From Candidatus Chisholmbacteria bacterium (GTDB taxonomy: Bacteria; Patescibacteriota; Microgenomatia; UBA1400; Chisholmbacteraceae), in the NCBI GenBank assembly GCA_963704905.1, contig CAVPHZ010000001.1:451438-515437 (forward strand): a stretch of 64,000 bases of DNA, written 5' to 3'. The notes below the pieces were generated by a model. It saw nothing but the letters and a program-made list of their open reading frames with translations, did not search any database and was not told the DNA's origin. The first letter of the stretch is position 1; the number at the start of each line of letters is the position of its first letter. A program made the translations under genes and the position numbers. Of this stretch, positions 8,392-17,498 are shown piece by piece.

Positions 8392-10713
8392 ATGTCAGAG
8401 CTAAAACTTTTGCCCAGGACTATTCAGCGCACAGGTGTACCTCTCCGCAGGAAAACTAATGGATTTGCACCGAATGGTTTTCATCCCCAGCAGCTTAATT
8501 GGGTCATTCCCAATGGGGAAGTAAAACATATAAACGGTTTCGTTACCGAACCACATCCAGTTGTTGGTTGGGAGCAGAAGCGAATGAAAAAACGGATGCG
8601 GTTTGCATCTAGGTCTCTATCCACTGGATTGGGGCGTGCGGTTGCGAAGCGAACCATCCTGCGTGGTGAGGAAACATGGGAGGATGTTGCGGAACGGGTT
8701 GCAATTGGAAATACTTCGCTTCTTCCATCACATATGAGAACGCATGGAAAGGAAGAGTATGAGCTTCTAAAAAAACATGTTGCCAATGCGTCCTTGTTGA
8801 TGAGCGGTCGACATTTGCAACATGGAGATGCAACACAAGCAACTCGGAATATGGAGGTGTTTACCAACTGCTCGACAGCTTCAGTGACGTTTATTCTCTT
8901 CTATTTACTCTTAAACGGTTCTGGTGTTGGACGAAGCTATGATGATGATATGTGTGTAGTTGATTGGGACTATATGCCGATTGTACGGTGTGTGTTGAAT
9001 GATAAGCACCCCGATTTTGTTTGGGGTGAGAATGAATCGGTGCGCGAGGCCAGGCATAAATATAACAAGGTGTATTGGTTCGAAGTACCTGACTCGCGAG
9101 AGGGATGGGCACAAGCGATTGAGAAAATAGAGGTGATGGCGTTTGAGCGAAAGTATAAGGATGAGGTGTTGGTTTTAGATTTTTCTAAGGTTCGTGAGAA
9201 GGGTCAGCCCATCCGAGGGATGCAGAACCGGCCGGCATCGGGACCAAAACCTCTGATGCATGCAATAGATAAACTTTCAACGATAAAAAATGCCGGCATG
9301 AAACCGTGGAAGCAGGCGATATTTGCAGATCATTACCTGGCTGAATGTGTATTGGTGGGTGGTGCTCGACGAGCGGCGCGGATTGCTACGAAGACGTGGA
9401 ACGATTCTGATATTTTTGAGTTTATTAATATCAAAAAGGGTGGGTTTTTGTGGAGCGCGAACAACAGCGTGGCTGTGGATGATAAATTCTGGCAATTTAA
9501 AACCAAACATGCGAAAAAGGTGTTTGATGCGGTGATGCACGCCAGCTATCATCATGATACGGGTGAGCCAGGGTTTGTGAATCAACATCGGTTTGTCCAA
9601 AACGATGATAAGTACGATGGGTATTTGGATGGGAAGTTTGCTGTTAGTAACAAATACAAGCCAGGGAAGCAAACACAGAAGATGCTTTCATCAATTGCTA
9701 AAACAGCTTCTTCAAAGCTCTACACCCAAATTCCAAACCCCTGCGGAGAGATAACGCTAAATATGCTTGGCGGATATTGTGTGATTGGTGATGTTGTACC
9801 TTACTTTGCTCCGGACGTCGATGCAGCAGAAGAAGCATATAGAGTGATGACACGGGCACTCATGCGGGTGAATACTATGGATTCGCTTTATAACCGAGAA
9901 GTACAGCGGACGAACAGGATAGGGGTGGGAATGACCGGGATTCATGAGTTTGCCTGGAATTCATTTGGGTATGGTTTCTACGATCTTATTGATGAGGAAA
10001 AGAGTAAAGACTTTTGGAATACACTCTCACGATTCAAGCGAGCGGTGAATGATGAAGCTGAGAAGTATAGCAAGTTTTTAGGGCTTTCAGCACCTCATAC
10101 CAATACGACGATAAAACCGGCTGGAACGACATCAAAACTTTTTGGTCTGAGTGAAGGCGCTCATCTCCCTGCGATGCGTGAGTACATTCGCTGGGTGCAG
10201 TTTCGTAATGACGATCCCCTAGTAAAGCGTTATGAAAAAATGGGTTATCCCGTGAAGCGGTTGAAGACCTATGAAGGTACAACGGTAATTGGATTTCCAA
10301 CTCAACCGGAGACTTGCAGACTTAAGATGGGGAATAAGCTCGTAACTGCCGCAGAAGCAACACCGGAAGAGCAGTTTAAGTGGCTGATGCTTCTTGAAAA
10401 ATATTGGATTGTGGGAGTGGATGAAGAGGGTGTTCCACTTCCAGACACTGGGAATCAAGTATCATACACACTCAAATACAAGAAAGAAAATATCAGTTTC
10501 AGAAAATATAAAAACTTGATGCGGAAGTATCAATCACAAGTGAAATGCGTGAGTGTGATGCCACAGCAAGATGTCACGGCATATGAGTATCAGCCGGAGG
10601 AGGCGGTGACGATTGCTGATTTCATGAAGGTATTGAGCGAAGTCACTGGTGAGATGGATGAGGATATCGATTTGGAAGCGTTGCAATGTGACGCAGGTGC
10701 GTGTCCAATATGA
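8392..10713 (+). CDS. rtpR: Monomeric adenosylcobalamin-dependent ribonucleoside-triphosphate reductase (class II RNR, Lactobacillus leichmannii RTPR type)
   Basis: Blocks RTILRGEETWEDVAERVAIGN, PASGPKPLMHAID, FLWSANNSVAVDDKF, DTGEPGFVN, NPCGEITL (N-x-C-x-E thiyl radical loop) and the C-terminal CDAGACPI redox tail all align with recalled L. leichmannii RTPR; no ATP-cone; track ORF starts at TTG 8368, the ATG at 8392 (MSELK...) is the likelier start. Confidence 0.85.
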   Translation: MSELKLLPRTIQRTGVPLRRKTNGFAPNGFHPQQLNWVIPNGEVKHINGFVTEPHPVVGWEQKRMKKRMRFASRSLSTGLGRAVAKRTILRGEETWEDVAERVAIGNTSLLPSHMRTHGKEEYELLKKHVANASLLMSGRHLQHGDATQATRNMEVFTNCSTASVTFILFYLLLNGSGVGRSYDDDMCVVDWDYMPIVRCVLNDKHPDFVWGENESVREARHKYNKVYWFEVPDSREGWAQAIEKIEVMAFERKYKDEVLVLDFSKVREKGQPIRGMQNRPASGPKPLMHAIDKLSTIKNAGMKPWKQAIFADHYLAECVLVGGARRAARIATKTWNDSDIFEFINIKKGGFLWSANNSVAVDDKFWQFKTKHAKKVFDAVMHASYHHDTGEPGFVNQHRFVQNDDKYDGYLDGKFAVSNKYKPGKQTQKMLSSIAKTASSKLYTQIPNPCGEITLNMLGGYCVIGDVVPYFAPDVDAAEEAYRVMTRALMRVNTMDSLYNREVQRTNRIGVGMTGIHEFAWNSFGYGFYDLIDEEKSKDFWNTLSRFKRAVNDEAEKYSKFLGLSAPHTNTTIKPAGTTSKLFGLSEGAHLPAMREYIRWVQFRNDDPLVKRYEKMGYPVKRLKTYEGTTVIGFPTQPETCRLKMGNKLVTAAEATPEEQFKWLMLLEKYWIVGVDEEGVPLPDTGNQVSYTLKYKKENISFRKYKNLMRKYQSQVKCVSVMPQQDVTAYEYQPEEAVTIADFMKVLSEVTGEMDEDIDLEALQCDAGACPI

Positions 10714-10745
10714 TGGAAGGTAATTTAAGAGTTAGCGATCGAAGG

Positions 10746-10768
10746 CTCCGCTTGAGCGGAGTTTTTTA
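10746..10768 (+). terminator. Rho-independent terminator after the RTPR gene
   Basis: CTCCGC ttga GCGGAG followed by TTTTTTAT. Confidence 0.6.
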
Positions 10769-10799
10769 TTTGTTGTGATAAACGCGATACAATCCAGAT

Positions 10800-11222
10800 A
10801 TGAAATTTCGGTTGACGGTGAATGCAGCGATTTTCAATAAAGACGGGGAAGTGCTTCTTTGCAAAATGCCTAAGAATCAAGGTGTTTATCCTGGACAATG
10901 GGCGCTGCCGGGCGGTGGGATGGAAGAGGATGAGCAGATGCTTGATGCCTTGAAGCGGGAGATTAAGGAGGAAGTTGGTTTGGATGTTACTGATATTGTT
11001 CCCATACATTTTCAAGATGATGAGCGGATAAAATTATTGCGAAATGGCGGAGAAGAAGCAGTGTATATGATCCATCTTGTTTTTCAAGCAAAGGCGGATT
11101 CGAATAGCGTCACAATAAATGATGAGTTTGAGGATTATGCATGGGTTGGAAAAAGAGATTTAACAAAGTACGATTTAAATAGAGCAACAATAAATACATT
11201 TACACAATTAGGATGGATATGA
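10800..11222 (+). CDS. NUDIX hydrolase
   Basis: Nudix box GGGMEEDEQMLDALKREIKEEVGL (GX5EX7REUXEEXGU). Confidence 0.75.
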   Translation: MKFRLTVNAAIFNKDGEVLLCKMPKNQGVYPGQWALPGGGMEEDEQMLDALKREIKEEVGLDVTDIVPIHFQDDERIKLLRNGGEEAVYMIHLVFQAKADSNSVTINDEFEDYAWVGKRDLTKYDLNRATINTFTQLGWI

Positions 11223-11617
11223 AACGGATAAAAGTTGGTGTTTTGTTACTATTGCTGCTTCTTGTTCTCCTTTGGTTATTTTTCTACTTCCGCGAAATTT
11301 TACACAAAGAGATGTTGTCATTTGAAGAGCATCCACTCAATTTCTGCAGTGTTCATGAGGATTGTTTTATTTACTCGTACTCAAATTGTGGTTGCACTGC
11401 TCGCCATGCTATTAATATCCAATACGAGAATGATAAAGATGTGCTTGAGAAATATTACCCAATTACACCTAAGGAAGAATGTACTGCTGTTTGTGGAACT
11501 AGTGCTCCAGGTACATATCAAGCCTTTTGTAGAGATGGTTTATGCGGTTTGCGATTTTCGTCATCTCTTGAAAAAAAATCTCGCCTAGATAAATTTTTAG
11601 ATATTCTTTATTACTAA
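11213..11617 (+). CDS. Hypothetical membrane-anchored cysteine-rich small protein
   Basis: N-terminal poly-Leu TM; 10 Cys in ~100 aa of extracytoplasmic region; no recognisable family. Confidence 0.3.
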   Translation: MDMKRIKVGVLLLLLLLVLLWLFFYFREILHKEMLSFEEHPLNFCSVHEDCFIYSYSNCGCTARHAINIQYENDKDVLEKYYPITPKEECTAVCGTSAPGTYQAFCRDGLCGLRFSSSLEKKSRLDKFLDILYY

Positions 11618-11628
11618 ACTGGCTCAGC

Positions 11629-12075
11629 ATGAGAATTCAGCTCAAACACGGAGAGAAATGTGATCATTGTGGGTTACGGTATGTCCGTGATGTGGCTGCG
11701 GATGCGATTGCAGTTGCTGATGGAAAGATTGCTTTAATTAAGCGTAGTAAGGAGCCCAGTAAAGGTATGTGGGCATTGCCTGGTGGAATGTTAGATTGGG
11801 ATGAGAGCGCGGAGGAGGCGGTGGTAAGGGAGTTTGAAGAAGAGACTAGTCTCAAAGGTAAGTTGGGACGTTTTGTTGGTGTCTACTCTGATCCGAATAG
11901 AGATTCATTTCAACGGGTGGCGGTTGTGTATGAGGTTGTGGTTGTGGGTGGGAAGCTCAATGCTAGTGATGATGCAGCAGATGCCAAGTGGTTTCCGCTT
12001 GATGATTTACCGGAGTTAGCTGTGGATCATGGGAAGATGGTGGAGGATTACAAGCGAATAGTAGAGAGTGAATGA
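11629..12075 (+). CDS. NUDIX hydrolase with N-terminal Zn-ribbon-like CxxC
   Basis: Nudix box GGMLDWDESAEEAVVREFEEETSL; N-terminal CDHCG. Confidence 0.75.
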   Translation: MRIQLKHGEKCDHCGLRYVRDVAADAIAVADGKIALIKRSKEPSKGMWALPGGMLDWDESAEEAVVREFEEETSLKGKLGRFVGVYSDPNRDSFQRVAVVYEVVVVGGKLNASDDAADAKWFPLDDLPELAVDHGKMVEDYKRIVESE

Positions 12076-12401
12076 TGAAATTTGAAGAGATTGTAAAGAA
12101 AACTAAAGAGTTAGATAGCATGTTTAAACAACGGTTTGATACGCGAGATCGGGCGTTGGATTTGGTTGAAGAGGTGGGAGAACTGGCTCAGGCGATGCAG
12201 ATATTTGAAAAGCGGAAGCTAACGAATGATCCAAGCAAGAGAAGAAGCAAAAAAGATCTAGCTGACGCCCTTGCTGATATTTTGTATGATGTCATTCTGC
12301 TTGCAGGGCAATATGAGATCAATCTCGAAAAAGAGTATATTGAGATGCTTGAGCGATTGAAAGAAAGAGTTGGTAGAGGAGAATTTGATGGCAATGAATG
12401 A
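12072..12401 (+). CDS. MazG-like nucleotide pyrophosphohydrolase domain protein
   Basis: LDLVEEVGELAQAM ... LADALADILYDVILLA matches the MazG/NTP-PPase EExGE and second helix; overlaps the upstream NUDIX gene by 4 nt. Confidence 0.6.
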   Translation: MMKFEEIVKKTKELDSMFKQRFDTRDRALDLVEEVGELAQAMQIFEKRKLTNDPSKRRSKKDLADALADILYDVILLAGQYEINLEKEYIEMLERLKERVGRGEFDGNE

Positions 12402-12455
12402 CACCAAGATAACTGTTGATGACAATCAAGAAGGTTAATTTTTTAAAAACTCAAT

Positions 12456-14738
12456 TTGTTTATGGATCGTTCAAAAACCTCTCTGATTAAGAAAATTCAA
12501 AAACGGAATGGACGAGTTGTTGATTTTGATGAGTTAAAAATTACCAATGCGATAACGCTTGCTGGTGAGCGGACCGGAGAGATTGGATCATTGGAGGCGA
12601 AACGATTGACTGGGATTGTTGTCCATCTTCTCGGTAAGGCGAATGGTGATCATATTCCTACAGTTGAGTATGTTCAAGATACGGTTGAGCAAGTGCTGAT
12701 GGCAGCGTCACATTTTCAGACTGCAAAAGCGTACATTATTTTTCGAAAAGATCAGGCTCAGCTTCGTGCAGCGCGCCACGTCATTGGAGTGGAAGATGAT
12801 TTGGGAATGACTGTCAATGCCCTTAAAGCAATGGCTAGGCGGTATTTGACACAAGATGCGAAGGGTAACGTGATTGAAACGCCAAGGCAGGCAGTTGAAC
12901 GGGTTGCACGAACGGTTGCCTCTGCAGAACACACCAAGAAAAAAACCTGGGAAAAGAAGTTTGCGGAGATGATTGGCAGTTTTCGATTTGTACCGGCCGG
13001 GTGTTATTTTCGTGGTGCAGGGAGAAAACGCGGTTTACTGGCGAATTGCTTTGTGTTACCTGTCGAAGATGATATGACGAAGATTTTCGACTCGGTGAAA
13101 TGGACGGCACTTATTCATCAAGCTGGTGGCGGAACCGGATATAACTTTTCAAAGTTGCGACCGAAAGGCGATGTGGTTAGTGGAGGTGGCTTTGCTTCTG
13201 GACCAGTATCTTTCATGAAAGCGTTTGATGCGGCAACGGAAATTGTCATGCTGGGAGGCCGTCACCGTGGGGCGAATATGGGAATTCTCAATGCTGATCA
13301 TCCTGATATTTATGATTTCATTACCTGTAAGACTCAAGAGGGGCAGATTAGTAATTTCAATATTTCAATTGGAGCGAGTGATGCGTTTATGGAAGCAGTT
13401 TCAAAAGATAAAGCCTGGAAGCTTTTGAATCCCCGAACTGGTGAGGTGGTCCGTACTGTGGGAGCCAAAAGCATCTTTGATCAAGCTGTAGCGCTCGCAT
13501 GGAAGACGGGAGATCCCGGGATGATTTATCTTGATACGATTAATAAAAATAATGCACTGTATGATGCCTTGGGCCCGATTGATGCAACCAACCCTTGCGG
13601 TGAGCAGCCTCTCCATCCATTTGACGTTTGTAATTTGGGATCGATTAATCTTGCTAGCATGGTTTTGGGAGGGATGGGAAATGGTGTGGTCCGAAGGAGT
13701 GTCGATTGGAAGGGGCTTGAAGAAACTACAAGACTTGCAGTTCGGTTTTTGGATGATGGGATCGATGCAAGTGATTATCCCATTGCTCAAATTGATCAGA
13801 TGGCAAAACGGATTCGTCGAATCGGTATGGGAGTAATGGGTTGGGCGGATATGTTGCTACAGCTACGGATTCGATATGACTCTAATGAAGCTGTGAAGCT
13901 GGCAGAAAAGGTGATGCACTTCATTCAACAGGTGAGTTGGGAAGAAAGCGCAAAGCTGGCTCGCGAGAAGGGTGCATTCCCGCTATGGAAAGAGAGTCAG
14001 TATGCAAAACGACATCCAGTTTTAAGCAAGCGTGGTGCGAAGCGGGGAGTAAAAGTACGTAATGTTGCCATTACCACAATTGCTCCAACAGGAACTATCA
14101 GTATGCTTGCAGATTGTAGCTCGGGTATTGAGCCAGTGTTTGCACTGGCGTATGTTAAAAATGTGATAGACCAACACGGATTGACGTATACGAATAAGTA
14201 TTTTGTACATGAGCTACGATCTACTCTGGGAGATAGTCGAACTGCTCGAGTGGACGATGTCTTACATGATGTATCCAAAACTGGGAGTGTTTCGCATGTA
14301 ACCGGCGTACAAAAATGGATCAAGAGTGTATTTCGGACAGCCCACGATATTTCTCCAGCATGGCATGTGAAGATGCAAGCGGCTTTTCAGAAACATACTG
14401 ACAATGCGGTAAGCAAAACCATCAATTTTGCAGAGTCGGCGACTATTGAAGATATTGAAAAAGCATATTTAACTGCGTGGGAGATGGGTTGCAAAGGCAT
14501 TACTATTTATCGTGATAAGAGCAAGAGCGTTCAGATATTGCAAACTGATACTACTGAGACGACCAAAGAGACTCCAATACAGAGCAAAATTTCAATTACC
14601 CCACTGGCTCTTCAGGCAGAGGTTTCTGGAAATGAGGGACAACAAGAAGATATGTGTCCCGAGTGCGGTGGATTTATGTATTTTGCGGAAGGGTGTAGCA
14701 CTTGTCAGCAGTGCGGGTATAGCAAGTGTGAAGTGTAG
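12456..14738 (+). CDS. nrdJ: Adenosylcobalamin-dependent ribonucleotide reductase, class II NrdJ type, with N-terminal ATP-cone and C-terminal Zn-ribbon
   Basis: ATP-cone KIQKRNGRVVDFDELKITNAI; active-site loop NPCGEQPLHPFDVCNLGSINL; C-terminal CPECGG...CSTCQQCG; 760 aa. Confidence 0.85.
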   Translation: MFMDRSKTSLIKKIQKRNGRVVDFDELKITNAITLAGERTGEIGSLEAKRLTGIVVHLLGKANGDHIPTVEYVQDTVEQVLMAASHFQTAKAYIIFRKDQAQLRAARHVIGVEDDLGMTVNALKAMARRYLTQDAKGNVIETPRQAVERVARTVASAEHTKKKTWEKKFAEMIGSFRFVPAGCYFRGAGRKRGLLANCFVLPVEDDMTKIFDSVKWTALIHQAGGGTGYNFSKLRPKGDVVSGGGFASGPVSFMKAFDAATEIVMLGGRHRGANMGILNADHPDIYDFITCKTQEGQISNFNISIGASDAFMEAVSKDKAWKLLNPRTGEVVRTVGAKSIFDQAVALAWKTGDPGMIYLDTINKNNALYDALGPIDATNPCGEQPLHPFDVCNLGSINLASMVLGGMGNGVVRRSVDWKGLEETTRLAVRFLDDGIDASDYPIAQIDQMAKRIRRIGMGVMGWADMLLQLRIRYDSNEAVKLAEKVMHFIQQVSWEESAKLAREKGAFPLWKESQYAKRHPVLSKRGAKRGVKVRNVAITTIAPTGTISMLADCSSGIEPVFALAYVKNVIDQHGLTYTNKYFVHELRSTLGDSRTARVDDVLHDVSKTGSVSHVTGVQKWIKSVFRTAHDISPAWHVKMQAAFQKHTDNAVSKTINFAESATIEDIEKAYLTAWEMGCKGITIYRDKSKSVQILQTDTTETTKETPIQSKISITPLALQAEVSGNEGQQEDMCPECGGFMYFAEGCSTCQQCGYSKCEV

Positions 14739-15959
14739 TTAGGTATACAGCTGCATTAGTTCTTCGAGCACTTCATGTTTATTTCTTGGTGCGAGGATAT
14801 AGTCTTGAAGTTGCGGATCTTCTTTTACTGCTTGCATTGATTTGAATGCTACCTCTCTAGCGAAAAAGGCTAACATCTCTTCGATTTCAATGACTTCTAC
14901 ACTTATTGGTAAAAAATGTTGTTTTTCTGCTGCTTGCGGGAGTGAGTTTGTGTAGATGAGAGCTTTAATTGTTCCAACATCTCCTATGGCAGCGAGGTTC
15001 TTCATATATTCTCCGCTTAAGACTCCATGTGAGAGCACTACTATAGTTTCCGGCGATCCATAGCTATGGAGACCTTTTCCTGTCGTTAGCATTGATTGAA
15101 AACTTGCTCCGACATCATCATATACTATGGTTCTTTTTCCTTGAGGGTTTCCAAGAACAATATCCTGGGATGTAACTTTTCCGGCTTCCGGTCTATCCTT
15201 TTTTAAGACCGTTAACCCAATATTTAAGTTAGTTCTATAGTTGAGAATGTTTACGAGGTTATGGCAGGCTTGTGCAGCACCAATATCGAGTGCAACGATA
15301 TCTGTATTCCCATCTACCCAACCATACTTGATTAACCAATCTGCAGCAATCGGTGCTGTTGAGAGGCACAGTGTCTCCATGTTTTCTTCAAAGAAATCAA
15401 CGGCTTCTTTGCTGTGAGGGTGAGTAAAGATTACTTCGGAATATCCAACCGATGCCATAGTATAGGCTGCAATTTGCGCTGTCACAGCCTCTCTGGCTTC
15501 TTGTTGCCAATATTTTCTCATTCTTTTGGGGCTGTTTACATCTTCGCGAAGTTCAGCGTAGGGAAGTACAGCGATTAATCTATCTGTGAGTGTTTGCTCA
15601 TTACTGTGTCGGCTTTGAGTAAATGCGTTACCGACTTCGAATATGCTCCACATTGCCTCTGGAAATGGGGGGGCTAACCACATTGGAGCAATGACACAAT
15701 CTGAGCGAAAATTTGAATCCCGTTCGAGAGCAGCATAGAGGGGAGAATTGTCAGAAAATCTGTCAGTATGGCCAATTGGAAGTCTTCTTCCCGGTATTGT
15801 TTGATTGTTTTCGTCTGTTGCTGCAAGATTGACAATTCTCCTGTAGAAATCGTGGTGATATTTGGAGAAGTATGGATGATAAGCAACGGAAATTCTTTGT
15901 CCTTCGGGAGGATGTTGATGCTCTAAGCTTAAGTTTCTTGATCGTTCTGGGTTGGTCAT
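14739..15959 (-). CDS. Ribose-phosphate pyrophosphokinase (PRPP synthetase) family protein with divergent N-terminal ~130 aa
   Basis: Blocks VLPYAELREDVNSPKR (cf. VIPYFGYARQDRK), VIFTHPHSKEAVDFF (cf. VLTMDLHAGQIQGFF), KRTIVYDDVGASFQSML...VVLSHGVLSG (cf. ILVDDMIDTAGTL...YATHPVLSG), LIYTNSLP (cf. VVTDTIP). Confidence 0.55.
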   Translation of the reverse strand: MTNPERSRNLSLEHQHPPEGQRISVAYHPYFSKYHHDFYRRIVNLAATDENNQTIPGRRLPIGHTDRFSDNSPLYAALERDSNFRSDCVIAPMWLAPPFPEAMWSIFEVGNAFTQSRHSNEQTLTDRLIAVLPYAELREDVNSPKRMRKYWQQEAREAVTAQIAAYTMASVGYSEVIFTHPHSKEAVDFFEENMETLCLSTAPIAADWLIKYGWVDGNTDIVALDIGAAQACHNLVNILNYRTNLNIGLTVLKKDRPEAGKVTSQDIVLGNPQGKRTIVYDDVGASFQSMLTTGKGLHSYGSPETIVVLSHGVLSGEYMKNLAAIGDVGTIKALIYTNSLPQAAEKQHFLPISVEVIEIEEMLAFFAREVAFKSMQAVKEDPQLQDYILAPRNKHEVLEELMQLYT

Positions 15960-16069
15960 TCTGCAGGGCAGTTTTGTTTCTTGTAACTCTTTTAGTTGTC
16001 GACGTCAAGGTGTAATGATGGTAGATTTTTCAAGTTCTTCACTCAGTTTGATTCCTGATCTGTTAGCAT

Positions 16070-16700
16070 GTGACTATGAAACTTGTTTTAGCTTCGGGAT
16101 CGGAACGTAGGCGACACCTTCTTTCATGGCTTAAGATTCCTTTTGAGGTGGTTGTTTCTGACTTTGACGAATCTTCTGTTACGAGGATAAAATCCATCAA
16201 CATTGGTGGAGCGATTAGCAATCGAGAAGGCAAAGGTGGTTGCACGACAATTTCGGAAACATGATGCACTTATCATTGGGTCGGATACGATTGTTCATGT
16301 CGATGGAGAGATTGTTGGGAAGCCAAGGGATAAAAAGGATGCGGTGCGCATTTTGAAAAAACTATCTGGTAAAACGCATAAGGTGTATACAGGTGTTTCG
16401 GTTATCAACGCTCGGACCGGAAAGATAGTTTCAGGAGTTGATCGAACTTCAGTGACGTTTCGAAAACTTACTCGTAAACAAATTCGTGAGTATGTTGCAA
16501 CCGGGGAACCTTTAGATAAGGGTGGGGCGTATGCGATTCAGATGGGGGCGGCTGATTTTGTTGAAAAGGTCGATGGCAGTTACACTAATGTGGTTGGTTT
16601 ACCACTATTAGTATTACAACGATTGTTAGAGCAGCAAGGATTCATTATTAGAGATGATGTTTCTCGAATTATTTTTTCGCATACCGATTATTATAGCTAA
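16070..16700 (+). pseudogene. maf: Maf-like nucleoside-triphosphate pyrophosphatase, split across two frames by a frameshift near 16185-16200
   Basis: Frame A (16070-16264) gives MKLVLASGSERRRHLLSWLKIPFEVVVSDFDE (Maf N-terminus); frame B (TTG 16203-16700) gives LAIEKAKVVARQF...IGSDTIVHVDGEIVGKPRDKKDA...LSGKTHKVYTGV (rest of Maf); TAA at 16188 in frame B. Maf identity is confident; pseudogene status versus an assembly error is not. Confidence 0.5.
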
Positions 16701-16764
16701 CACCTTCGTCTTGTTGATTTTGCTATACTCAAAATACTATTAATTACGCACGAAAGAGTTTGAT

Positions 16765-17457
16765 ATGGCAAATCAAAAGAAACGTGATCCACTTTCTAAA
16801 CTTTCTTTTACTACGTTCTTTTTGATAGTTATCAGCCTTGCATTAGCAAATTGGCTACTTGATAGTCCGTTTAATTTTTCTATTTTTGCTACGAGGATTG
16901 GGAAGTTTTCAAAAGAATTAACTCCTTATACTTTTGAGTTACATCCTGGTTGGAATTTTATAGCTCTTCCAGTTCATGCGCGTCAGACTGCGAGGAAAGC
17001 CTGCCGCGAGATTTCTGGAAGCGTTTATATAGCCAAATGGACTGATCAAGATTGGGAGTACTATGATTGCTCTGAAAGACGGGCACGGAATAATTATTCA
17101 CTTGACCCTCATCGCGGATATTTTATTCAAGTTGAAGGTCCAGCAACTTGGATAGTAGAAGGCATTGAGACAGAGCCTGTTTATGCGTTGGTGGAGGGTT
17201 GGAACTCCTGGGGAGTGCCGATGGCCGGTGAGATTGAGATCAAAGCACAAAGCCTCTGTGGTCCGTTCACTGGTGGGGAGTTTGCTGTTACGGAAGTTGA
17301 ACGATGGCTCAATGGTGGTTGGGATGCGCATATTTGCACCCTATCGAATTTGAATAACTATGTTCTTGAAAAAGGAGCAGGGTATTTTATTAGAGCGGTT
17401 CTGGTTGGGGGCTCAAACACTCAACAGACTCCGGTTCCTGCCCTGAAGACTCAGTAA
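16765..17457 (+). CDS. Hypothetical membrane-anchored secreted protein
   Basis: N-terminal TM; no recognised motif. Confidence 0.3.
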   Translation: MANQKKRDPLSKLSFTTFFLIVISLALANWLLDSPFNFSIFATRIGKFSKELTPYTFELHPGWNFIALPVHARQTARKACREISGSVYIAKWTDQDWEYYDCSERRARNNYSLDPHRGYFIQVEGPATWIVEGIETEPVYALVEGWNSWGVPMAGEIEIKAQSLCGPFTGGEFAVTEVERWLNGGWDAHICTLSNLNNYVLEKGAGYFIRAVLVGGSNTQQTPVPALKTQ

Positions 17458-17498
17458 GCAGTTCTTCTATTTGTCCAGCTTTTCTTCGAGCGTTTTTC

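Noticed and set aside
8383-8398. 12-bp palindrome TACTCTAGAGTA at the RTPR start and the related AACTCTAGAGTT at 47524-47535
   Set aside because: Two occurrences of a short palindrome containing a common TCTAGA core are compatible with chance. The second sits between convergent genes (small ORF/recombinase) and may simply be a bidirectional terminator stem.
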